A stretch of 39,452 bases of DNA, taken from positions 1 through 39,452 of the IMG/VR virus record IMGVR_UViG_3300025848_000079; one strand, given 5' to 3'. Within the stretch, counting starts at the first letter, position 1; every line of letters starts with the position of its first letter. The position numbers and the translations under genes are program-made. Shown here piece after piece: positions 23,678 through 32,422 of the stretch. Source of the DNA: a virus. Its lineage: Duplodnaviria > Caudoviricetes. The notes below the pieces were generated by a model. That model was not told the origin of the DNA. It searched no databases and saw nothing but the letters and a program-made list of their open reading frames with translations.

Positions 23678-24377
23678 TTCTTTGGAAGATGTCTATGAGC
23701 CGCTTCGACATAAGCGGGTGGTTGAATCTATTCTTGCCGTACATGAAGATATCGAGGTTGTTGTGCTTGGCGCGGTAGTACCGGTAGTACGGGTGGAAGT
23801 GGAGGACCCGTGGAGCCCCATCAAAGTCCCATTCGTGTGAGCGTTGGCCGTAGTTGTACTCAAGCCCCACGTCTGTGTACTGTGTGGGTTTTATTAGACC
23901 AGAGTTTGTGAGGTCTGTCAAGGCCTTCTCGTCTGCTCGTTTCCTCGGGGTGATGGAGCGGTTCCAAAAGAAGAACGTTGCGTCTGCGTCCTTGGTGAAG
24001 AAGAAACTTCCGCAGTTCCATTGAGGCTTGTACCCGTAGCCAGTTAGCCCAAGGGGTTTTCCTTTTAGTTCAGGGGAGAGTGGCCCGTCTTGGAAGGCGT
24101 CGAAGTCGTGGTACCAGTAGAGGTCGTCACCGATGAGGTCGTTGGCGAACAGGTAGACAATCGTGGGTATCTTGTTTGTTCTGTCTTCCTTGTAACAGAG
24201 GTTGGGTATTATCCGGGACTTCACACCCATGTGCTCGTATGGAAAGTTGGTGTAGAGAAGAATGTCCTCAGGTTCCCATCCAAGGTCGAGGCTGTTCTCA
24301 ATTTGAATCCGGGCCAGCATCTTGTTCTCTGTGCTGAATCGCCCGTCATCTCGCATGTAGATAAGTAGGTTCTTCAT
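23664..24377 (-). CDS. GT-A glycosyltransferase (GT8/nucleotide-diphospho-sugar transferase-like)
   Basis: YWYHDFDAF (DxD), WNCGSFFF, ADEKAL, YNYG, VLHFHP; ATGA-coupled start 24377. Confidence 0.7.
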   Translation of the reverse strand: MKNLLIYMRDDGRFSTENKMLARIQIENSLDLGWEPEDILLYTNFPYEHMGVKSRIIPNLCYKEDRTNKIPTIVYLFANDLIGDDLYWYHDFDAFQDGPLSPELKGKPLGLTGYGYKPQWNCGSFFFTKDADATFFFWNRSITPRKRADEKALTDLTNSGLIKPTQYTDVGLEYNYGQRSHEWDFDGAPRVLHFHPYYRYYRAKHNNLDIFMYGKNRFNHPLMSKRLIDIFQRNDVK

Positions 24378-25171
24378 TGAAACCACCGTGGTGCCACCTC
24401 CTTCTCGTAGTAATCCTTCCACTCTTTGAGCGCAAACGCCCAGCTCTCCTCACGCTTCCAGGGGTTCTCTGTGGTGCCCTCCTGGTGTGTGCGGGGGAAG
24501 TCTCGGTGCTTGTGTGCAAACCACGTGTTCTTGTTGAGCATAAGTCGTCCGCCGTTTTTCCATGACTTCATGGAAACTTCGGTTGAGTCTTGGTAGGCGG
24601 GGCCGTAGCCCTCCTCCTGTAGTCTGCCACCACATATTGTATCAAACCATGCACGGGAAGTTATCCACATGCTCCCCTGCATCGCCATCGTCTCGTCTAC
24701 CATGATGTCCTTTCGCTCTTCGTCCCGAGACTTCCAGCGTTGGCCGGAGAACTTCTTACCTTCCTGTATAACGAGCTTCTCGTAGTCAACGTACGGGATG
24801 TCCATTCGTTCCCATTTGACTGGGTCGAGGAAATACCGGCGTGCCGTCATTACGTCCTTCGGTCCACAACTCTCGGTCATAATCCGGTCGTACCCGGGGC
24901 CGAACATACAGTGGCAATCGAGGCGCATAAAAAATTCGCCACGGGATGCGGCGATACCTGTGTTGATACAGCCCTTCGGACCACGGTTCTGTCCGACGTG
25001 AATGTATCTGACTCTCTTGTCTTGTATGAGTGGCTCGGTGGGCCAGTAGCCGTCGAACACGGCAATAACCTCAAGGGCGTCCCCGAGTTCAGAGTTCTCG
25101 AGAAGCGAGGTAATGGTTTGGTTTAGATGGGGCTCCTTATACGCCGGTGTGACGACAGAGAGTTTTATCAT
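24374..25171 (-). CDS. GT-A glycosyltransferase, polypeptide GalNAc-transferase (GT27)-like
   Basis: LSVVTPAYKE, EVIAVFDG, RLDCHC (DxH), TMAMQGSMW, STEVSMKSWKNGG...AHKHR; paralog of 20090..21061. Confidence 0.85.
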   Translation of the reverse strand: MIKLSVVTPAYKEPHLNQTITSLLENSELGDALEVIAVFDGYWPTEPLIQDKRVRYIHVGQNRGPKGCINTGIAASRGEFFMRLDCHCMFGPGYDRIMTESCGPKDVMTARRYFLDPVKWERMDIPYVDYEKLVIQEGKKFSGQRWKSRDEERKDIMVDETMAMQGSMWITSRAWFDTICGGRLQEEGYGPAYQDSTEVSMKSWKNGGRLMLNKNTWFAHKHRDFPRTHQEGTTENPWKREESWAFALKEWKDYYEKEVAPRWFQ

Positions 25172-25192
25172 AGTTCAACAATACCACAGTTA

Positions 25193-25804
25193 TTATGAAG
25201 TATTTACCCAGAGGTCGCCAACCTTGGCGTTCGTGGGTTCCGTACTTGATACTGTGATTGTTGAAACGTTGACGCCCGTGATTTTCTTATCGAGCGCTTG
25301 GTGGGAAACGCCAGCACGAACATCAAAACCGTTTGCTTTGGCGATACGTTCGATGTCTGCCAGTCCCGCAATCTTGTCTTTGCTGATGAGGGTCTGTGCG
25401 CGGTTTACCTTCGCCACCACCTGTTCTGGTGTGTCAGGTGAACCGTCTTTACCGTCAATGCCGTCTACGCCGTCCTTTCCTGGGGTTCCTGCTGGTCCCT
25501 GTGGTCCTTGGGGGCCTGTGGCTCCCTGCTTTCCGTCTGCTCCTGGGGTTCCTGGAATACCCTGCTTACCTTGGGGGCCGGTGTCTCCTTTGTCGCCCTT
25601 GTCACCCTTATCCCCTTTCTCTCCTTTATCCCCTTTGATTGTGACAACATCAATACCCGCGAGTTTTACCTCTACGGTTTCTGATTTGTTCCCAAGTTTC
25701 TCGGAGAGCTCCTCCACCTTTTCGTGTGTGGCCTCTATCTCCTTGAGGATTACCTTGTTGGGTTCTTTGGCGAACTCAAGCGCCCTTTTTAGTTTTTCGT
25801 TCAT
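25193..25804 (-). CDS. Collagen-like fibre protein
   Basis: 22 consecutive Gly-X-Y triplets (25436-25633); C-terminal ITVSSTEPTNAKVGDLWV tail-fibre motif. Confidence 0.85.
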   Translation of the reverse strand: MNEKLKRALEFAKEPNKVILKEIEATHEKVEELSEKLGNKSETVEVKLAGIDVVTIKGDKGEKGDKGDKGDKGDTGPQGKQGIPGTPGADGKQGATGPQGPQGPAGTPGKDGVDGIDGKDGSPDTPEQVVAKVNRAQTLISKDKIAGLADIERIAKANGFDVRAGVSHQALDKKITGVNVSTITVSSTEPTNAKVGDLWVNTS

Positions 25805-27354
25805 TTAGAAAGAAGTTGGATGAGGTTCTGTGCTTGTTTGCGTTCGACTTCCGTGAACTTGTTTCCAGCGGTCTTGAGTCCCTCTGCGAGTCCTTGGCGG
25901 AGCACACGAGAGTTGAAGAGACGGTTGCCGAGGTACACACTTCCTCCCGCGAGGATTGTAAGGAGGGTGATTGGGTTTAGGAGGTCTTTTGTTTTTATTA
26001 CACCATAACTCCCCGTCGCCAGGGTCGTCGCCAAGCCAAAAGACCAGACTGGGTGATTTTTGATAAAGGCACCCACCGCGCCAAATGCACCCGCCCTCTT
26101 TAGGAGTTCAAGTCCGTTCTTTTCCATACGTTTTATCCCCTCGTACATGAGGAACTCCTTGTTGAGGGTCGTCTCAAAGGCTTTTGACGCTTGTGGGTTT
26201 GCCACCTTCATCTTTTCGATAAGGAAATCTTTGGCGCCGCGGCGAACGTCTTGAACCGCCTGGAGTTTTACGTCGTCAACCAAAGAGGCTCCGAACTTGT
26301 TTCTGAGTTTGTCGAGGTACGGGTCAACTATGTCGTCGAACTTCTCGATTCCCGCCTTGAGTGATTGGAGGTTTCCCTCTGGGACGTTTTGGTACAGAGC
26401 ATCTACGACCGCGTCGTACGCCTTCCGTGCCTGTTTTTCTCCGGCAAAGAGAACCTTGTGTTCCGCGTCGTCTATGTTCTGGGTGATGAACTTTTTGAGT
26501 TCCTTCTTGGGGAAGATGGCTTTTACCGAACCGAGGACGGCCCTGTTGTCGTTGGCGAGTCTTCCAATACCCGTCTTGACCGCTTGCTGTATTTCAAATG
26601 GGTTTTTATCTGGGGTGACAAAGTCTGCCACGGACTCTGCAACCTTTTTATCGAAGTCGCTTGGTTTTACTTTATACCCGAAGCCAAACTTCTTGTTCAC
26701 ACGACCGGTGGCCTGTGCGGTCTTTAGGTACGCCTTTGCCGCCACAGAGGTTTCGGTTTGCTGGAAGGGTTTGGTGAGTTCGAGTGCCGCGTCAATATTT
26801 CTCTGCTGTACCCCGCGTTGTATGGCTGAGCCTGTTTTGGTCAGTTGTTTGCCCGCCACACCAGATGTTTTACTTACGGCTCGTGTGCCGAATTTCTCAA
26901 ATGTTTTTGCCCCAACGAGGGAGCCCACGTTGAGGGCTGTCTCGAAGTCTTTCGTAAACTCTGGGTGTGCCTGAAGAAACGATGTGATTTTCTTGCCAAC
27001 GTTGGTCTGAAGAGCTCGTTCGGAGGCGTTCCCAAGGCCGGTACGGATTGCTGACGGGAGGGCTTCTGTTATGATGTCGCTTGCACCTCCGGCCACCTGT
27101 CCCGCCGTTCTTCCAAACGCCTGTACCGCCTCAAGGGTTCCCTCGAACTTACTGCGCCGTGCGGCTGGGGCGATATCTCCGAACTCCGAAACAATTCTCT
27201 CTCCGCGCTGTGCGAAGTCAGAGGCGAGGCGCGGGAAAAATCCCCGCGTGTCTGGTAGGGAGTAGCCCTTTTTCTTGGCTATCGCTTTGATGTCTTCGTC
27301 AGACAGGTTCTTTGCTCTCAGCGCCTTGTATTGGGACTGGGAAAGTGTTGGCAT
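25801..27354 (-). CDS. Putative internal virion/DNA ejection protein
   Basis: 517 aa, Ala/Lys-rich and helical with a C-terminal hydrophobic segment; position after tail genes as in podoviruses. Confidence 0.6.
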   Translation of the reverse strand: MPTLSQSQYKALRAKNLSDEDIKAIAKKKGYSLPDTRGFFPRLASDFAQRGERIVSEFGDIAPAARRSKFEGTLEAVQAFGRTAGQVAGGASDIITEALPSAIRTGLGNASERALQTNVGKKITSFLQAHPEFTKDFETALNVGSLVGAKTFEKFGTRAVSKTSGVAGKQLTKTGSAIQRGVQQRNIDAALELTKPFQQTETSVAAKAYLKTAQATGRVNKKFGFGYKVKPSDFDKKVAESVADFVTPDKNPFEIQQAVKTGIGRLANDNRAVLGSVKAIFPKKELKKFITQNIDDAEHKVLFAGEKQARKAYDAVVDALYQNVPEGNLQSLKAGIEKFDDIVDPYLDKLRNKFGASLVDDVKLQAVQDVRRGAKDFLIEKMKVANPQASKAFETTLNKEFLMYEGIKRMEKNGLELLKRAGAFGAVGAFIKNHPVWSFGLATTLATGSYGVIKTKDLLNPITLLTILAGGSVYLGNRLFNSRVLRQGLAEGLKTAGNKFTEVERKQAQNLIQLLSK

Positions 27355-27355
27355 A

Positions 27356-28876
27356 TTAGTTGCCGAATAGTTTGTTCCATAGACCGCTCCAGAAGCCGCC
27401 GCTTACCACATCGTCAAAGGTGTCTTCTTTGTCCTCTGGGCTCAGGTAGTTTGTGGGTTTGTCTATGTCGCCGTTGTCCATAACTCCGCCCGTGTAGTCA
27501 ATGAGAAGCTCTTGTGCGATTGGTGCGCCAGCCACGTTGTCCAGGATTCGGGATGTTTCTGAGTAGATGTTGTCATAAATAGGCTTCCTGTTTTTATAGA
27601 CGTTGTTCATCGTGGTCTGTATGTTGCTGATTGCGGAAGCTGAGAGGAACCCGGTACCGTTGATTGCGTTTTGGATTTGCTTGCCGTACGCATCAAACGT
27701 GCTCTGGGCGTATCTACGAATCGTCTCGTACTCACCCTCCTTGACTGCCGAATCTGGGTCGAGGGCTTTGGCGAAGGCGTATACAATCTGTTGGTGGTCT
27801 GCGGGGTTCTTGCTGTTTGGGTCAATTCCGTTGACGATATTTATCGAATCAACCGTTGAGTTGTATCTTTTCACCTCCGTTCTGTTTCCAAACGCGGTAG
27901 AGATTCCAAGTAGTCTGCTCTGTACCGAGGCCGGGAGTCCGGACAGTAGGCCGGGTCCACCGGTTCCAGTCGCTTTCTTCAGGTACGGAGAGAACAGTGA
28001 GTATGCGCCGTTGAGGTCTCCAGAACGGAACTTGGCATCCGCCATGGCCGCAACTGAGGTCGGCATACCAGCGAGGAGGGCCTCATTTTTTGTCTGGTTG
28101 AAGCTTGTTTCGTCCTCTCTTTCAAGTTCCATTTTCTCTCTCTGGAACTCGAGTATAAGCTGTCGTGCGTCTGCCTGTTGTCGTTGGGCGCCCTGTAGTT
28201 TGTCCCGATTGAGTTCGAGGAGTTTGAGTTCGCGGTCTATCTTCTCGAGTGGGTCCTTGTACTTGATTCTCATGGCCTCAGAGAGTCTCTCGTTTGCGGT
28301 AAGGAGGTTTCCTTGGGCCGCGGCAAGGGACGCGCCGATGGTGAGGGAACGGATGGCGCGGTTGCGTTCTATGATTTGCTGTTCTCCCGAGATGGCGGCG
28401 AGGGGAATTTGTTTTCCCTCTGCGGTGAGCATTTCCGCTTTCGCTTGGGCGTTGAGTGAATTGAGTTGCGCCGTTAGGTCGTTGACTGTGTTCTCAAGAC
28501 CGGGAATACCGAGTTCCTGTTTGATGCCCGATTCTGTCTCTGCCTCCCCACTGATTCCTGAGATGGCACTTTCAATACTCGACATTCTGGTGTCGAACTC
28601 TTTCTGAAGGTCTGTGACCTGCTGGTCGTAGGGGGTGTCGGGAACGATGCTCGTCGTAACTGCGTTGTAGTTGGTTACGTCCTTCGTCTGCTCCGGGAAA
28701 GTAACGGGGGGCGGGGTGGTGAGGGAGTCCACAGATACGGGCTTAGAGAAATCCACGTTTACCGTGGGAGTGAGACCAGAGGACTTGACGGTCTGTTGGG
28801 CCTTGAGAATTGCGTCCTGTTGGTCTTTGGTAAGAAAGTCGGACGTAATGGTCGGTGTAGACTGGGTTGGGGGCAT
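27356..28876 (-). CDS. Putative internal virion/DNA ejection protein
   Basis: 506 aa with coiled coil and YAFAKALDPDSAVKEGEY motif, of a kind seen in phage injection proteins. Confidence 0.6.
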   Translation of the reverse strand: MPPTQSTPTITSDFLTKDQQDAILKAQQTVKSSGLTPTVNVDFSKPVSVDSLTTPPPVTFPEQTKDVTNYNAVTTSIVPDTPYDQQVTDLQKEFDTRMSSIESAISGISGEAETESGIKQELGIPGLENTVNDLTAQLNSLNAQAKAEMLTAEGKQIPLAAISGEQQIIERNRAIRSLTIGASLAAAQGNLLTANERLSEAMRIKYKDPLEKIDRELKLLELNRDKLQGAQRQQADARQLILEFQREKMELEREDETSFNQTKNEALLAGMPTSVAAMADAKFRSGDLNGAYSLFSPYLKKATGTGGPGLLSGLPASVQSRLLGISTAFGNRTEVKRYNSTVDSINIVNGIDPNSKNPADHQQIVYAFAKALDPDSAVKEGEYETIRRYAQSTFDAYGKQIQNAINGTGFLSASAISNIQTTMNNVYKNRKPIYDNIYSETSRILDNVAGAPIAQELLIDYTGGVMDNGDIDKPTNYLSPEDKEDTFDDVVSGGFWSGLWNKLFGN

Positions 28877-28904
28877 AATGATATATTATACTACGATTTT
28901 ACTG

Positions 28905-29153
28905 TTATGTCAAAGCCACGTATCTCCATGCGCCGTTTACAGCGTCGTAGATATAGAGGCGATACGTGGTACCAGACTTGTACAGAACCACCTGCTCTGA
29001 GAAGTTTCTCGGGGTGTGAGCGGGAGTTGCGGAGAGAAGCGTTGGGACGAGACCGCTGATGCTGTCAATCCGTACGTCTGGGTTGAACACCACGTCCTCC
29101 TCGTCGTACTTGAGTTTGAGCTCTATGTCTTTATTGGTTGGTTGGGGTTCCAT
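28905..29153 (-). CDS. Small virion-associated protein
   Basis: 82 aa ending YRLYIYDAVNGAWRYVALT; in the tail operon. Confidence 0.65.
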   Translation of the reverse strand: MEPQPTNKDIELKLKYDEEDVVFNPDVRIDSISGLVPTLLSATPAHTPRNFSEQVVLYKSGTTYRLYIYDAVNGAWRYVALT

Positions 29154-30552
29154 AGAGAGTGATTGACTTTATCTTCGGGTTTCCGGCGGTAAGGTTGATA
29201 ACGAGTTTTACTTGGGTGAGGTATTTGCTTCCCGACATTCTCCGGGTTCTGATGGCTCCGTGTGTTGCAAAGGAGGCTGAACCCCAGTCTGTTGCAGAGG
29301 TGTCTTCATCGGTGAGGATGTCTATGTCCATCGCATCTCCCGACACGAGGGGCTCGCCGAAGTTCACGTCGATTCGCTCGAGACAGACCTCTACTGGGAA
29401 CTCGAAGTACACCGTCTTTGCTGAGACGCTACCCGTTCCCGCGTTCCCGAGGTTTGCGTATTTTCCACCGATGATGAGTTTGGTGTAGGTCGACGGAATG
29501 ACGGTGTTTGCTGACGCGGCGATTGGGGTGGTGAGAGACTTCCTAAGTCCGGGGACCGGTGAGCCGTACATGTTGAGCTGTGAATTTCCACACCACACGA
29601 GGGCGTCGTTGAACACTGAGGCCTGGTAGTGTGAGTACGTTGCACCCCCGGAAAGGTTCGGTCTAAACACCGAATCGAGGTTGAAAAGTTTCTTGGGAGG
29701 GGTTGAGTATGTTGAGACAAAAAGTCCCGTACCACAAAGAATGTGTTGTACACCACCGATGTTTCTTATGGAGTCTATTGAGACGTCTTGAACTGGGTAT
29801 TCTCGATTCCAGCTTGGGGAGAACCCGTCCCAGTAGATAATTTTGTTGTCGTTTATGGCCGTGTTGCCCGTGATGGTGTTCTTGGTAATTCCAACAACGA
29901 GGTAGTTCCCGTCATCAGAAATGGTGGTGACTGTATACTCTGAGGGAAAATCCAAGACGTTTGTACTGTGCGTTACTCCGGCGGCACCGTCATCTGAAAG
30001 TTTGCCTATTCTATCTTTGTTTCCATACCACACCGCACCATTGAATGTGTGTGTGGGGTGAATCGTTGTCGATTGAAGACCTGTGTACTGGTTATCTGTC
30101 CAACCGGTTGGGTGGGAACCAGACAGGTCCCAGCGTCCTATCTGTGTGGTCTGCCAGTAATAGAGATACTTGGTTCCTCCGTTCGGTTGGAAGAGGGCGA
30201 TGCCGGCCGCGGGGTTTGTAATCTGTGTACCCGAGCGTTTGTCTGTAACGGTCGTATCCGAGGTCGTGGTGTGTGCATATAGGTGCCCGGAGTCGCCAAT
30301 GAGGTAAAGGGTTGGGGTTCCTGTGGGGTCAACAACTCCGGCGATGGGGTTGTCAACGATTACTCCGGCATCTATGTTTGCGGCCGTGGGTCCCTTCTGA
30401 AGCAAGCCGACGTTTACCGACGTGGTACCGAGACCGACGTGGGGAGAGACACCGATGGCCGCTGAAAACACACCGGAAAACTGCTCGCTGTGCATGTTGG
30501 GCGAGATGCCGGAGAGGAAGTCTTTACTTGAAAGTTTGAGAAGTTTTTGCAT
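29131..30552 (-). CDS. Putative tail nozzle/stabilisation protein (beta-propeller-like)
   Basis: About 473 aa, all-beta, WD-like repeats (IGRWD, IIYWDG); podovirus tail position; TAATG-coupled start 30552. Confidence 0.6.
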   Translation of the reverse strand: MQKLLKLSSKDFLSGISPNMHSEQFSGVFSAAIGVSPHVGLGTTSVNVGLLQKGPTAANIDAGVIVDNPIAGVVDPTGTPTLYLIGDSGHLYAHTTTSDTTVTDKRSGTQITNPAAGIALFQPNGGTKYLYYWQTTQIGRWDLSGSHPTGWTDNQYTGLQSTTIHPTHTFNGAVWYGNKDRIGKLSDDGAAGVTHSTNVLDFPSEYTVTTISDDGNYLVVGITKNTITGNTAINDNKIIYWDGFSPSWNREYPVQDVSIDSIRNIGGVQHILCGTGLFVSTYSTPPKKLFNLDSVFRPNLSGGATYSHYQASVFNDALVWCGNSQLNMYGSPVPGLRKSLTTPIAASANTVIPSTYTKLIIGGKYANLGNAGTGSVSAKTVYFEFPVEVCLERIDVNFGEPLVSGDAMDIDILTDEDTSATDWGSASFATHGAIRTRRMSGSKYLTQVKLVINLTAGNPKIKSITLYGTPTNQ

Positions 30553-31664
30553 TATAGGTTTCTTGATTCTAGTGACCACGTCGCGTCATTTTTTGTTTCG
30601 TTTGACCACGAGGCCGAGTTTTGTGTTTCTAGTGACCAGCTTGCCGAGTTCTTTGTTTCGAGGTCCCAGGGTGCAGGCGAAGGTGAGGGACTCGCAGAAG
30701 AACTGGGAGACGTGCTGACAGAAGGAGAAACGGAGGGGGAAATGGACGAGGAAGGTGAGACTGAGACGGATGGGGATGTGGACGGTGAAGCTGAAGAGGA
30801 AGGCGACGTGCTTGCGGACGGTGATGTGCTCGCAGAGGGTGATGTTGAGGGTGAGAGGGAAGACGAGGGGGACGCCGATTCTGATGGGGACACAGACACA
30901 GAGGGAGAAACCGATGGGGAGAGGGAAGATGATGGGGAAACCGAAACAGAAGGAGAGACAGACGGACTGAGTGAGGAACTCGGTGATACCGATACCGAGG
31001 GTGAGACACTAACAGACGGGGACACTGACGGTGAAGCCGAGCTTGCGGCGGCACGGAGGGAAATTATGTATGCCTCGTTCGCGGAACTTGTACCTATTGT
31101 TGCCGCTAAAGAATAAGAGCCCGCTGGGGTCTTTGCGGCATTACTGTCCATCGAACGAATCGAGCGACCGTTGTTTTGTATTGTTGAGCCGCGGTTGGTT
31201 GTACTAGCCCCAGCCTCAACAGTTGTTGTGTTTGCGGCAAGGACAGCCATGGCAAGCCACGCATTGTCCGTGTTGGTGGTAATTGAGGCGCTCAAACTCG
31301 TTCCGGTATTTGAGGCTGTTGTGTGGTTGTCTGGTTGTGTTCCTGAGCAACCCGTGTATGAGAGCCCGTACGCAACCGAGCGCCTCCCTGCGCTTTGGGA
31401 TACCGAGACGGTGTTTGTTCCTGTGTCGGGGTTTACAAGGTACCAGCCCTCAACGACGTTTGAACCATCACTAACTTCACCGAGCCGGGTCATCGCGTCG
31501 CCGTTGTAGGTGATGCCCGTTACCGCGGTGTCGTTTGAGCCTATGTCAATGACCCACACCAAGAGAAGTCTCTCGGTGCCCGAACATGTGTGTGAGAACG
31601 AAAACCCGGTTGGTATTGTCCCACCAGTATCGTGCTCGGAACTTGCGTCGAAGGCTATCGCCAT
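30552..31664 (-). CDS. Virion protein: beta-sandwich domain, Ser/Pro mucin-like stalk and Trp-repeat tail
   Basis: MAIAFDA...FSHTCSGTERLLLV...ITYNGDAMT domain; about 125 aa SP tract (30669-31043); four repeats of about 10 aa (WDLETKNSAS/WSLETQNSAS/WSNETKNDAT/WSLESRNL). Confidence 0.75.
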   Translation of the reverse strand: MAIAFDASSEHDTGGTIPTGFSFSHTCSGTERLLLVWVIDIGSNDTAVTGITYNGDAMTRLGEVSDGSNVVEGWYLVNPDTGTNTVSVSQSAGRRSVAYGLSYTGCSGTQPDNHTTASNTGTSLSASITTNTDNAWLAMAVLAANTTTVEAGASTTNRGSTIQNNGRSIRSMDSNAAKTPAGSYSLAATIGTSSANEAYIISLRAAASSASPSVSPSVSVSPSVSVSPSSSLSPSVSPSVSVSPSSSLSPSVSPSVSVSPSESASPSSSLSPSTSPSASTSPSASTSPSSSASPSTSPSVSVSPSSSISPSVSPSVSTSPSSSASPSPSPAPWDLETKNSASWSLETQNSASWSNETKNDATWSLESRNL

Positions 31665-32386
31665 TAGGCGTAATTGATGTGCGGAGCCCTAATCTTTGGT
31701 CTCACTTCTCTGTTTCTCTTGGCGTAGTGCTCCATGAGGCGAGACTCGAGGTCTGCCTTCTTCTCGGCGAGGGCCTTCACTGAAGGAAGTCCTTTCTTGA
31801 TGGCCCAGTCGAGTGCGGCTCCAAGAGAAAGTATTCGGTGGAACTGAGCATCAAACCCGGGAGACGACGCGGCGTCCGCGTTTGTAAATATGGTCGGGTT
31901 GCGCTGGAAGTACACCTTGAGTCCTGCCGCCAGGGTAACAGAACCGCTCGCGGGTGCGGGGAAGAGTTTTACAGAGGGGCCAATTTCTTGGTAGTAGAGA
32001 GGCATACCCGCGGTTCCCTGGAACTCGGTCATGGCGTTGGGAATCTCCTGGTCGTCTACCTGCTTGAGTTTGACGTAGTTACCGGAAGAGTCGAGCACCT
32101 CCACACGCAGAAGTTTGACGATTCCAGAGGGAAGGGTGTAGTCTTCCTGGCTATCTACAAGAGTGGTCGTCCCTATGGGAAAGGTTGAGAAGTTGGTGTC
32201 GTCCCACTCCCAGTTTGACTGGGCGGAGAGAATCTTCGTAACCACCTCGTAGTAGTGCTGGTTTATGTTACGGAGCTTGTCCGCGTTGGGGTAGTCGTCA
32301 GAGGTCGTACCAACGAGAAAGTCGATGTCCTCAATGAGAGACGGCTTTTCCGTTATACCCGTGAGTGAACTGGATGATAGTTTCAT
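31664..32386 (-). CDS. Head-tail adaptor/tail tubular protein A-like
   Basis: 240 aa; QEDYTLPS, G.PLYY, KLFPAP, FHRILSLGAA motifs typical of phage adaptor proteins. Confidence 0.7.
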   Translation of the reverse strand: MKLSSSSLTGITEKPSLIEDIDFLVGTTSDDYPNADKLRNINQHYYEVVTKILSAQSNWEWDDTNFSTFPIGTTTLVDSQEDYTLPSGIVKLLRVEVLDSSGNYVKLKQVDDQEIPNAMTEFQGTAGMPLYYQEIGPSVKLFPAPASGSVTLAAGLKVYFQRNPTIFTNADAASSPGFDAQFHRILSLGAALDWAIKKGLPSVKALAEKKADLESRLMEHYAKRNREVRPKIRAPHINYA

Positions 32387-32422
32387 TATGTTGAGATTTA
32401 GTTCAACATATTATACCACACT

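Noticed and set aside
27603-28607. 334-aa plus-strand ORF (similarly 13095..13823, 25113..25808, 26297..26974)
   Set aside because: Antisense to well-supported minus-strand genes, with no recognisable motifs
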